A model generated the notes under the pieces. It was not told the DNA's origin. It saw nothing but the letters and a program-made list of their open reading frames with translations, and did no database searches. A stretch of 64,000 bases of DNA, taken from NCBI GenBank assembly GCA_963666835.2, contig CAXXGO010000001.1, forward strand, positions 736,001 through 800,000, given 5' to 3'. Below are positions 9,797 to 19,491 of the stretch, piece after piece (within the stretch, counting starts at the first letter, position 1; each line of letters begins with the position of its first letter). The translations under genes and the position numbers were made by a program. The DNA is from Phycisphaerae bacterium (GTDB lineage: Bacteria; Planctomycetota; Phycisphaerae; UBA1845).

Positions 9797-11584
9797 TTGG
9801 CTTCAACACGATCGGCGAGCGTCCGATATCTAATCGTGGACCCAGTTTGCCCCAACAACCTGTCGAAGAACGGCGCCGACCCCTTGCCGAAGGAGCGTTC
9901 TGACATTCCAAGCCGGAATCACCTCGGAGCCGGTCCCCTCTATCGACGGCTGACCAGTCCGACGGTTGGGCTGGTCGTTCTGTTGTTGATTCTCACCGGT
10001 TACCGCCTGACCCTAATCGACTCCGGGCACTTCTTCTGGAGCGACGAGCGGTGTTTCCTCCCGGCCGTGCAGCTTGTAGACGACCTGGCGGCCGGGGACT
10101 TCATCGCGGCAACGCAACGGCTGTTCGAAGGCGTGGGGCGTCCGGGGTTCATCGTCGTGAGCATCGTTCCGGCGTTGGGTCAGCGGCTGGCGAACTGGTA
10201 CTGGGAAATCGCCCCGCAATCGTTGCAGGCCTACGACGTCGTATCGGCATTCAATGTTCTGATCGCGCTGGCCGTCACGGCTGGCGTGTATGTGCTTACC
10301 CGTCGATGGACGGGATCTGCGTGGTATGGTGTGCTCGCAGCGGCGGTCTACTCTCTTCTGGCGAGTTCCAACGTCTGGATCCGTCATGCGGTGCCGTACA
10401 ACGAGTCGCTGCTGCTGTTTATGCTCGCGTTGATCGTCCTGTCTCCTGCACGTAACGCGGCGGGGCCGTCGGGGCGTGCAATGGTCGGTGCCGGATTACT
10501 GACAGCCTTCGCCTATACGTGTTATCCGGGGCATTATTCCTTCGTTCTGATCAACGGGGTGGTCGCTCTGGTCGTCGCCGGTCGAAAAGTACGCTTGTCT
10601 TTCGGCTTCGCCGTTTCCGCCCTGGCGGTGTTGGCGGGGTTCGAGGCTCTGTCGCAAAGCGTCGGTCTGTCGTATCTGCACAATCTGCGTGAACTGTCCG
10701 GGACGGTCACGATGGGGTACACCGGCGAGGGTTATGTCTTCCCGTGGCGGTATCTTCGGGATGTGGAGGGGCCGGCGGGGATCGTTCTTCTGTTGCTCTT
10801 CTTGCTCGCGATCGGGTCGATCCTGCTACGACGACAGCCCGGCCTGCCGCTTGCGGCCAAGGCGGCGTTACCGGCGGCAGTTGCCGCCTGCCTGCTTCAC
10901 GGCGCCTTGGGGGTGCATTTCGGGAAGATGGTGTTCTATGGCCGATTGCTTCTGCAGTTTATTCCTTTGCTGGTGGCTGGTGCGGTCATCGGGCTGCTGA
11001 CCCTGCGAAATGCCGGAATAAGGCAAGCCGGCTTGGTGGTCCTGGGCTCGGCCGCGATCGCATCGTTTACCACCTTTGCATGGGACTACTCGCGGATTGC
11101 GTACCCGGCCGACGTACTTCAGAATGCCATGCGTGCGTCAGGTCGGCACGTTGAATATCCCGCCAACATGCTCTGGGGTTTCGTTGACGGTAACGCGGAT
11201 GACACGATCCAGCAGGTGGACCCTGAATGCGTGATGGTGGTCGATACCCTCCCGGAAGGCGTGGACCGCTATGTGATGGTATCGTCTCACGACGAGGCAC
11301 GAACAGGCCATAAGCCGTACATCGGAGTCAACTTCAGTTGGCTGTTCAACGTCCGGGAGCGTGACCACCGCTTTACCGTGCCGGACGACTATCAACTCGT
11401 TGCTACGGGCGTTCATCCGGCCGCTTTCCCGGCAATCAGCTACGAAGCCTATCCCCCGTGGTGCCGCCGCCGCCTGGCGGAAAGGCACTATCGAATGCGA
11501 CTATACCGACACGTCGGCGCCGCTTACACCGCGGCTTCCGACCAGAGCGTGGTTTCGGTTTCGGATGCCGCCCCACGACACTGA
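9797..11584 (+). CDS. Multi-pass membrane protein, probable GT-C fold (ArnT/PMT-like) glycosyltransferase
   Basis: WSDE motif after the first TM helix; ~11-12 TM segments; soluble C-terminal domain; adjacent to GT2; start uncertain. Confidence 0.65.
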   Translation: MASTRSASVRYLIVDPVCPNNLSKNGADPLPKERSDIPSRNHLGAGPLYRRLTSPTVGLVVLLLILTGYRLTLIDSGHFFWSDERCFLPAVQLVDDLAAGDFIAATQRLFEGVGRPGFIVVSIVPALGQRLANWYWEIAPQSLQAYDVVSAFNVLIALAVTAGVYVLTRRWTGSAWYGVLAAAVYSLLASSNVWIRHAVPYNESLLLFMLALIVLSPARNAAGPSGRAMVGAGLLTAFAYTCYPGHYSFVLINGVVALVVAGRKVRLSFGFAVSALAVLAGFEALSQSVGLSYLHNLRELSGTVTMGYTGEGYVFPWRYLRDVEGPAGIVLLLLFLLAIGSILLRRQPGLPLAAKAALPAAVAACLLHGALGVHFGKMVFYGRLLLQFIPLLVAGAVIGLLTLRNAGIRQAGLVVLGSAAIASFTTFAWDYSRIAYPADVLQNAMRASGRHVEYPANMLWGFVDGNADDTIQQVDPECVMVVDTLPEGVDRYVMVSSHDEARTGHKPYIGVNFSWLFNVRERDHRFTVPDDYQLVATGVHPAAFPAISYEAYPPWCRRRLAERHYRMRLYRHVGAAYTAASDQSVVSVSDAAPRH

Positions 11585-11906
11585 TCCCGGACTCGTCATT
11601 GAAAAGGCTCCTTTCAACCGCTGGATGAGTGCATGGAGCAACCGAACCGGCGTCAGGCAAGACAATGCGATCGTATCCGGTTGAATCGGCCGAAGCGCCG
11701 CAATACGATTCCCGCTTAAGGTGTGACGGGTGGGTGCCTTGCCAGGGAGAAAGGGCGTTCTTCTGGTGTTCGGATAACGGGGAGGTGCCCGGCAGGGGTG
11801 GCTTTTGCGGGCTCGGCGCCGCGACTCTTCGGGGCCGGCGGGATTGCCGGCCTTGGCGTTTGCGCCAAACGTGACAGGAATGACCAACATGAACGAGACA
11901 GGAACC

Positions 11907-14282
11907 ATGATTCGACAGAAGCGTATTATCGTCGTTCTGATTAGTGTGTTTGTCGGCGGGTCACTTGCAGGATGTACGCCGGTCGCCGACTCGGGGGATA
12001 ACGGATCGAGCGACGTTGAATTACCGGATGGCGTAACTGCTCCGCAGGCTTTTGATGTCGAGATTCTGGAAGAAACCAGTGATGAATACGTCACGCTGCG
12101 CGAGACTCAAACGGCTATAGAAGCGCGGAATACGCTGGTCGACGCATTGAACGCCGGAACGACCGGCGTGTCGTCGGCCGGCTTGGCCAATGACAATTAC
12201 ACCATCGTGCTGGCCTTCGAGGACGGATCACACGCTGCCTTGAACACGATTGAAGGCTTCGGCAATGGAGACGTCTACGATTCGCAGGCGATGGCCGGGA
12301 AGATCGCGGCGGCGCTGCGAGAGCCCGAACTCGCAGGGCGATCGTCGACGTCATTGACGGACCCCGATGCATTGAAAGGCCCCGAACCGGGAGACCTGAA
12401 GCACACGCCGACGAGCCGGAAGATACTCTTCATGAGCGCAATCTCCGAGGATCTCAATGGGGCCGACATGGACCTCTTCGAGAGTCTGACAACCAAGTTG
12501 GTCATCGAGAACAACTGGAGTACTTCCGACATTACGATCAAGACGAACCAGGCCGAGGATGGTTACGCGACGCTGGGTTTCGACGACTTCTTCGATCTTG
12601 AGGACTACGGCGTGATTGTCATCATCGCTCACGGCCTCTACATGGATACGACCCGCAGAACGGGCAGTTCGACTGATGACGGCTCGGACGATGGCGGAAC
12701 AACGGACGGCGATGGGACTGATAGTAGCGATCCGTTCAACTTCGGGTTCAAGACGGTCGCCACGGCGGGGGATGATGGCCAAACTCCGCACTACTTCATC
12801 CAGGTCGCCGCGGCCGGTCCGATGGTCAGCGCGGTTGCGTCCCCGACGTCCCCGCCGGACGATGACAAGAGTGATCCGTTTGATTTCGGTTTCAAACGGA
12901 TGGTTGCGGCAGCGGAGACCGACGGAATCGACCTCGAGCTGGAGACGGCCGGGGGACGTCTGCTGATTGTCTCACATGCAAGCCCGGACACTGCCACGAT
13001 CCGTCCGTATTACTATATGCGCGACGATCTGTGGAAGGAGAACATCGGCACCTTGCCGAACAGCCTGATCTACCTTGCTTCGCCGAGCGGTTATGCGGAT
13101 CCGGACGAGACCTGGCCCGACGTGGGCGCTGACGATGACGCCGCAGATTCGGCGGACGATGATACGGACCCGTTCAACTTCGGGTTCAAGCGTATCGATC
13201 GCAGTAGCTTCAAGACGGCCGATAGCGGGGCCGGGCTCATCTTTGAGGGAACGGATGCCGGCACCGTGCTGGCCTGGACCGGCGCTGTCGATACCCAGGC
13301 GGCTTTGGATGCGGCGTGGCTGATGGCCTTGATGGCCGGGCGTAATGAATCTGACCGCGAGGTGTGGAACAGCGGCGACATCCGGCGGGCCGCGGCGAAG
13401 GCCGGGGTTCCGCGTCGCTCGGGGGTGTCGCCGCCCGACCCAGGGACTGCGGACGGGTCTGATCCGTACGGTTTCGGCTTCAAGGGGATCTTGCGTGATA
13501 CGAGCACCGCGGCCGACGAGAGTGGCGAGTATTATGCCAAGCTCGCCTTGCACTCCAAGACCGAGGACGCATTCCTCTATCTGCCGACGTGGGCCGAGAT
13601 AACCGCCCTCGATCCGATCCCCGACGGCACCGCCACGCTCGCGGTTGAGGTGGATTACACCAGTGCGGATAACCCGGTGCTGGACCCCAGTTCGTTCAGT
13701 GGTGACGTTGACGAGACCTTTACCTTCGACGGCCTGATTCCTGGGCAGGAGGTTACCGTTGTTGTGCAGGCGTTGGACAGCGCCGGCGCGCTGGTTTCCG
13801 AGTTCGAAGAGACCCTTACCCTGCAGAGCGGAGGTAACGACATCGAGGCCTCGTTCACCAGGGAGCTCTCGGTGACTCTGAGCGGCAGTGACGACGACAG
13901 CGGTGACTGGGGTGATCGGGAGGACCTCGAGAACCCGCATCGTATCCACTGCGAAGGCTACCGAATTCGGGTTTCGAAGAACGGAGAGTTGCTGAGCCCG
14001 AACTCGATCAACCTCACCCAACTCTGGGTCACGCAAACATACCCCCCGATACAGTTGATCTCCCACGATGAGATCTTGACGTACTCGGGTTGGAATCCCG
14101 CTTATCCCGGCGACACCATTTCGGTGGAGTTTACCGTCGACGCGAACGACGGAATCAGCGCGAGCATCGGGCCGATGTATCTTCACTATTGGAACGACGC
14201 CACCCACGAGGTGATCGAGCTGGACACGGTATTCGGCTCGGATGGTGAGGAGTTTACGCAGACGGTAACGCTCGGGAAGTGA
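11907..14282 (+). CDS. Large acidic lipoprotein with four DP(F/Y)xFGFK motifs
   Basis: Basic N-terminus, hydrophobic core and LAGC lipobox; motifs at 12729, 12873, 13167 and 13461. Confidence 0.75.
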   Translation: MIRQKRIIVVLISVFVGGSLAGCTPVADSGDNGSSDVELPDGVTAPQAFDVEILEETSDEYVTLRETQTAIEARNTLVDALNAGTTGVSSAGLANDNYTIVLAFEDGSHAALNTIEGFGNGDVYDSQAMAGKIAAALREPELAGRSSTSLTDPDALKGPEPGDLKHTPTSRKILFMSAISEDLNGADMDLFESLTTKLVIENNWSTSDITIKTNQAEDGYATLGFDDFFDLEDYGVIVIIAHGLYMDTTRRTGSSTDDGSDDGGTTDGDGTDSSDPFNFGFKTVATAGDDGQTPHYFIQVAAAGPMVSAVASPTSPPDDDKSDPFDFGFKRMVAAAETDGIDLELETAGGRLLIVSHASPDTATIRPYYYMRDDLWKENIGTLPNSLIYLASPSGYADPDETWPDVGADDDAADSADDDTDPFNFGFKRIDRSSFKTADSGAGLIFEGTDAGTVLAWTGAVDTQAALDAAWLMALMAGRNESDREVWNSGDIRRAAAKAGVPRRSGVSPPDPGTADGSDPYGFGFKGILRDTSTAADESGEYYAKLALHSKTEDAFLYLPTWAEITALDPIPDGTATLAVEVDYTSADNPVLDPSSFSGDVDETFTFDGLIPGQEVTVVVQALDSAGALVSEFEETLTLQSGGNDIEASFTRELSVTLSGSDDDSGDWGDREDLENPHRIHCEGYRIRVSKNGELLSPNSINLTQLWVTQTYPPIQLISHDEILTYSGWNPAYPGDTISVEFTVDANDGISASIGPMYLHYWNDATHEVIELDTVFGSDGEEFTQTVTLGK

Positions 14283-14298
14283 CGATAATCAGTCTTCC

Positions 14299-14870
14299 CG
14301 GCAGGTCTCGTTCCTCGACCGTGCCCTACAGTCTTTGCGGCAGGTCTCGTTCCTCGACCGTGCCCTACAGTCTTTGCGGCAGGTCTCGTTCCTCGACCGT
14401 GCCCTACAGGGTCCTTGCGGCAGGTCTCGTTCCTCGACCGTGCCCTACAGTGTTTGCGGCAGGTCTCGTTCCTCGACCGTGCCCTACGAGTGCGGGTGCC
14501 CCATCCATTCCGGCGCGGGTGCCCCATCCATTCCGGCGTTTGCGCGGGTGCCCCATCCATTCTGGCGTTTGCGGCGTTGGAATGGTTGTGGCGACCCGCC
14601 GCCGGAATGGGTGGGGGATGGATGGAGACCCGATAGGCAACCGCATTCCGCAATGAGTCTTCGCGCGATGCCCGTCTTTGCGGCAGGTCTCGTTCCTCGA
14701 CCGTGCCCTACAGGGTCCTTGCGGCAGGTCTCGTTCCTCGACCGTGCCCTACAGTCCTTGCGGCAGGTCTCGTTCCTCGACCGTGCCCTACAGTGTTTGC
14801 GGCAGGTCTCGTTCCTCCACCGTGCCCTACAGTGTTTGCGGCAGGTCTCGTTCCTCGACCGTGCCCTACG
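14299..14870 (-). repeat. Two tandem arrays of five GTAG-REP copies flanking a GGTG-type palindrome cluster
   Basis: GCGGCAGGTCTCGTTCCTCGACCGTGCCCTAC x5 (14299-14489) and x5 (14681-14870), ~39-41-bp period; GGGTGCCCCATCCATTC x3 between them. Confidence 0.95.
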
Positions 14871-15264
14871 AGGCGGATGTTGCGAAACGCACAAGGTCGA
14901 AGCGCGATTATCGGGCGGCGACGCTTGCGCGAACGGCGCCCTTGCCGGGGTTGCGACATTACCCGCCCGACCAACCGTTGCTGCCGGTGGTTTCGTTAGT
15001 GACAGGCCCAGACGGTGAGATTATGGGACGGCCGCCGGCCGTGGCGGTTTGCTTGCGCGTAAGGGGTGCGGTTGCAGATTGACCCGCCGGGCCGCTTCCG
15101 AGAGGCCTGCTTGCCCTGCCGATAGATACGCTACGGAGTCTCCCGGAGTACAAGGTGCTCCGCCGGTGGCAGTGCCGAACGAGTGCCGGCCGCGTAAGGC
15201 AAGGGCGGTCGTAGCGTTGCGAGGATTCGATCCACCGGCATTAATGTGGCAGCGATGTTGTGCT

Positions 15265-16926
15265 ATGGGCATGCGCAGAACCCCCAGGATCTACTCAAAA
15301 CGCTGCTGCCGGCGCGGTGGTTTCACTTTGCCGGAGCTGGCGGTCAGCCTGGCCGTGATGACGGTGCTGATGGGGTCCATGGCGATGGCCGTTTTTATCG
15401 CCACGACGGCCATGGGGGACGGTTCTTCCATGGCGACCCGGGTCGGCGAGGGTGCCGAAGCGCTCAGTTCTTTGGTGGATGAACTGGGCACCGCGGAGCA
15501 CTTGCTGGAAAGAACCGCAACCGCGATTGCCTTCACCGTGGCAGATCGTGACGGCGACGACGTTGAAGAGGTCATCCGCTACGAATGGTCCGGAACCGCC
15601 GGCGATCCGCTCGCCAGAACGTACAACTACGGCGATAGCAAGACCATTCTGGAGGACGTACACCAGTTTGACCTGGCCTATGACGTCAAGACGGTGACCG
15701 AAGAGTACCCCGGCCCGGTCGTCAAGAGCGCGGAGCAGGTGCTGGCCAGCCACGATGTGGGCTGGCTCCTGGATTATGTTGGAATCGGGCCAAAGGACTG
15801 GCTGGCCCAGGCGTTCGTACCGACGCTACCCGATGATGCGCTCGACTGGGCGGTTACGAGAATAGCAGTCTACGGACGCAACGCTGACGGATCGGCGGGA
15901 ACGCTACTGGTAAGCGCGTACCGGCTGGGCGACGACAACACGCCGACCGGGGACTCCCTGGAAGATGTTGAGATTCTATCCGCTACGTTGAGTGACAGCG
16001 CGTCCTGGATATGGGCACCTTTCAGCACGCTGACCGGACTCCATCCAGCCCAAAGTCTCTCGATCATGTTCAGTGGGGACCTGGACCACGTGGCCAGGAT
16101 TATCCGCGACGAGAACGGCGGCGTGCAGTGCTGCCGGACGTACAATTCAGGGTCGTATTGGTGGTGCTCCACCGACAAGTCCATACCCTTCTACTTGTAC
16201 GGCACGTATACCACTCCCGGGCCGGTGCAAACGGCCGTTCGGGATTACGTCACTGCCACGCGCATCTCGTTGCAGGCCGGATCGAGCGCCGGAGCCTATG
16301 TCACCACGACGGCACAGATGCTCAATCGTCCGGAGATTCTCACGGGGCTGTGGGAGACGGAGTTTAATGTCGATCCTACGCTTGATCACAACGGTGACGG
16401 CGTGGACGATTGGGTCAGCGGCGATGGGACGGTCTTCGCGGCAGGTGGGTTAGTGAGTGGACTCTGGACTCCCGCCAGATTCGAACTCGACACCTCCGGC
16501 CCGCACGATTTTACCGGCCTGACCACCCTGAGCACCCGGCTCCGCCACATTCGGGCCGCTGGCGATCCTATCACCATCGGGGCGAATGTCGATTGGACCG
16601 GCGGGACGTGTGCGACGATCAGCGCGCAACTGTCCTTGGAGTCCGACTCCACCCAGAGTCTGCTGCTCAGCGATAAGATCGATTCGGTTACCTCATCCAC
16701 GTTGGCCACGCTGGCCGGGCTGCCGGACGGGTTGATCGATCTTAGATTGGTAATCGATGCGGAGGCCGACACCGTGAGGTTGCAGGTTAACGGTATTCAT
16801 CGGGGGACCTTCGCCTATCACACTTATACGCCCAGCCATGACGATCGACAGGTGACTATCGCGGTGCCGGCGGCAAAGACCGCCGAATTTGATTTCTTCT
16901 CGCTGCGGACCGGGGAGGCGAAATGA
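15265..16926 (+). CDS. Prepilin/pseudopilin-like protein (GspJ/PilW-like) with large C-terminal beta-rich domains
   Basis: RRGG|FTLPELAVSLAV class III signal peptide (G-1/F+1/E+5). Confidence 0.75.
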   Translation: MGMRRTPRIYSKRCCRRGGFTLPELAVSLAVMTVLMGSMAMAVFIATTAMGDGSSMATRVGEGAEALSSLVDELGTAEHLLERTATAIAFTVADRDGDDVEEVIRYEWSGTAGDPLARTYNYGDSKTILEDVHQFDLAYDVKTVTEEYPGPVVKSAEQVLASHDVGWLLDYVGIGPKDWLAQAFVPTLPDDALDWAVTRIAVYGRNADGSAGTLLVSAYRLGDDNTPTGDSLEDVEILSATLSDSASWIWAPFSTLTGLHPAQSLSIMFSGDLDHVARIIRDENGGVQCCRTYNSGSYWWCSTDKSIPFYLYGTYTTPGPVQTAVRDYVTATRISLQAGSSAGAYVTTTAQMLNRPEILTGLWETEFNVDPTLDHNGDGVDDWVSGDGTVFAAGGLVSGLWTPARFELDTSGPHDFTGLTTLSTRLRHIRAAGDPITIGANVDWTGGTCATISAQLSLESDSTQSLLLSDKIDSVTSSTLATLAGLPDGLIDLRLVIDAEADTVRLQVNGIHRGTFAYHTYTPSHDDRQVTIAVPAAKTAEFDFFSLRTGEAK

Positions 16927-17486
16927 CCCGGAGCCGGCTCTGCTTAATGGGTTTGCCGCGACCGCTCAGGTGCCGCAGGGCACGCGGGCTGAGTATCGTC
17001 GAGGCCCTGGTGTCTATGGTGATCGTGAGTGTTATCGTCGTATCCGCCCTCGAGACCGCCGGGGCGATGAGTATGACGCGCATGAGGACGAGCAATCGAG
17101 CCCTGGGCGCTCGGCTGGCCGAGGATCTTATGGCGGAGATCTGCCGGCAGGACTATGAAGACGCGGATTTGGCTCCGGGCTCGTTCGGTCTGGGGGCCGA
17201 TGAGGTCGGCGACGGCAGCAGGCTCTTGTGGGAGGACGTGGACGATTACGACGGCTGGACGGCCTGTCCGCCCCAGCAGAAGGACGGCACTGAGCTACCC
17301 ATCTCCGACCAGTGGGCGCGGAGTGCGTCCGTACGATGGATCCTCCTCTCCGACGTCGGCAGCATTACCTCTTCGGACACGCGGGCGAAGGAGATTGTCG
17401 TCACCGTGACCTACGCGGGGACGCCGGTAGCGTCGCTGACGGCCGTTCGCGCTGCGGCCACGCGCTGGACGGAGGAGATCGAATAA
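16923..17486 (+). CDS. Pseudopilin-like protein (PilV/GspI-like)
   Basis: RARG|LSIVEALVSMVIV; 4-nt overlap with the upstream gene. Confidence 0.75.
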   Translation: MTRSRLCLMGLPRPLRCRRARGLSIVEALVSMVIVSVIVVSALETAGAMSMTRMRTSNRALGARLAEDLMAEICRQDYEDADLAPGSFGLGADEVGDGSRLLWEDVDDYDGWTACPPQQKDGTELPISDQWARSASVRWILLSDVGSITSSDTRAKEIVVTVTYAGTPVASLTAVRAAATRWTEEIE

Positions 17487-18406
17487 TGAAGCGATCATCC
17501 TGCAGAAGGCGTGGCACCATGTATGTAATGGTGCTGATGACGGCCATGCTCGTGACCGTGATCGGCATCTCCGCGCTGGAGTTGAGCAGAATCCAGTTCC
17601 GCGTTCGGGAGCGTGAAAACGACGTGATTGCGGCGCGTTATCTGGCGCTGTCGGCAATTGAGGCCGGGTTCAAGAGCATTGCGGCCGACGCTGACTGGCG
17701 AACGACGTTCACGCATGACGAGTGGGAAATGCGGACGGAGTTGGGTGGAGGGGAGTTTGCCTGGAAGCTCTTTGATGTTGACAACGCGGACCTGGCCGCG
17801 GACGCTTGCAGTTCCGTTCGGTTGTTCGGACGCGGTGCCGTCGGCGATGCAGTTCGCGTGTATTCGGCGCTGTTGCGGTCGCCGCTTCCGGATGCAAACC
17901 TGCTGATAGACGGAGGGATGGAGGACCATAAGCTTGGCGGGTGGGATGAAGTAAGTTGCGTTTCAGGTACCGGTTGTGCGCTGGCGTCGGAGAAGAAGGA
18001 CGCACACGGCGGGACCCGGTTTGTCGAGGTCAGTTCCCGCAATAACGCCTGGTCCGGTCCGAGTCAGGATGTCTCGGCCGTCATTGCCGCTGACGTTCCG
18101 TATTCGGTTGCGGCGTGGGTCAAGTTGAGTTCGGCGGAGTACGTTCGGGTGACCATCTACGTGGATGGCAGCGGAAGTTCCGCTAAGGCTTACTCGACCG
18201 ACTGGGTTAAGGTGGAGACATCGTGGACCGAGGTGTCCGGTACGGTTACGCCGACCTGGTCCGGCGCTCTCGAGTTTGCATGTCTGTATATTTCGACGTA
18301 CAGCACGACGCAGGATATGTCGGTGGACGATGTGTCGATGATCGCCGATACGGGCGCGGGCGTTGCTCTGGTTGCCGGAAGTCTCCGCCGCGAACCGGAT
18401 TCATAA
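17486..18406 (+). CDS. PilX/GspK-like protein with a CBM4/9-like carbohydrate-binding domain
   Basis: RRRG|TMYVMVL lacking E+5; ARYLALSAIE; NLLIDGGME...AHGG...Y.VAAWVK...WTEVSG...VDDVS. Confidence 0.7.
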   Translation: MKRSSCRRRGTMYVMVLMTAMLVTVIGISALELSRIQFRVRERENDVIAARYLALSAIEAGFKSIAADADWRTTFTHDEWEMRTELGGGEFAWKLFDVDNADLAADACSSVRLFGRGAVGDAVRVYSALLRSPLPDANLLIDGGMEDHKLGGWDEVSCVSGTGCALASEKKDAHGGTRFVEVSSRNNAWSGPSQDVSAVIAADVPYSVAAWVKLSSAEYVRVTIYVDGSGSSAKAYSTDWVKVETSWTEVSGTVTPTWSGALEFACLYISTYSTTQDMSVDDVSMIADTGAGVALVAGSLRREPDS

Positions 18407-18429
18407 TGCGCAATCGATCGGGTGACGTC

Positions 18430-18720
18430 CGGGTGGCCCCCGTTCTCCATCTGGGTGGCCCACCCTCTTTGAAGGTGGGGGAGCCGATGATCAACAACCC
18501 ACGGGTCAACAAGTTGTCCCATGCCACCCATGTAGCACTATCTGTAGGGCAGGTCGAGGAACGAGACCTGCCATCGAGGGTGGCATGGGCGAGCTTCGCT
18601 TGCCTGCGATGACGCGCGTTACCCGGAGGTGATCTAACGTTGATCGTGCGAGCCCGTTCCGCTTGCCCGTGACAAGGGTCGACGGCCGTGGGTGGCCCAT
18701 CTTCTCCGAAGGTGGGGAAG
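18430..18720. repeat. Composite REP mosaic (same unit as 20871-21530)
   Basis: GTGG hairpin, GTAG REP, GGCAAGC/GCTTGCC hairpin and shared spacer. Confidence 0.85.
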
Positions 18721-18767
18721 TTCCGCCGCAATTCGCGGTTCTTTCCGACACCCAGTGTTGCGCCGCG

Positions 18768-19067
18768 AGCCCCGCCAGGGGCGATAGATCTTCCAAGCCC
18801 GCGGCGTGAGCCGCGGGACCGAGCCGGCATGATCAACATAGCCCCGCCAGGGGCGACACCGGAATCAATGTGGTGTCCCACCATTCGGAAGTGTGTGCCG
18901 CGCCGGTAGCACCGTACACTCTGTTGCGAACGGCTGACGACGACACGCATAAGGTAATGGCAGCGTTATGGTCATCCGGTGCCGCCCCTGGCGGGGCTAT
19001 GGTTAGTTAACGCCGCATTCCCGTGGCTGACGCCACGGGCTAGACAGATCTTCCGCCCTGCCGGGCT
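18768..19067. repeat. Long inverted-repeat element (REPIN/MITE-like)
   Basis: Arm 18768-18863 is an imperfect reverse complement of arm 18975-19067. Confidence 0.75.
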
Positions 19068-19491
19068 TTCGGTACTCATCGCTTACGTACGCCGGTTTGG
19101 CGTTTGTGAAGCTCCCCTATGTCCAGAGTGTGTTGCGTAGCACGTTCCGCCGCATATCGGAGCAGATGCTACGATCAAAAGGACATGGGCCACCGCGCCT
19201 GGTGACGGTCGGCGTATGCAGCCCCGACGCGGCGCGGTCGGCACAAACGGAACGACCGGAACGACCGGCCTGCCCCGCCCAAGCCGCACTCACCTGCCGG
19301 AGAAAGCAGGTTAACCCGCCTGCTGACACCGCATTCGTAGATACTATCGGACGGCCGTGCTCGTCGCGATCGTGCCCAACCTCGCCATCTCGCGCCGCCA
19401 CCCTGGCACCCGAACCTGCAGGACAGTACCGCGGTTACCGCGGGCGGCCCGGTGTTTGCGCTCGCCCCGATAATCGAGGGGGAACGGAGCG

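Noticed and set aside
14299..14870. CRISPR array
   Set aside because: Linkers are only 7-9 nt and recurrent, there are no unique spacers or cas genes, and the unit matches the dispersed GTAG REP
14186..15082. Overlapping repetitive ORFs (RQVSFLDRALQ etc.)
   Set aside because: Translations of the DNA repeat in all frames
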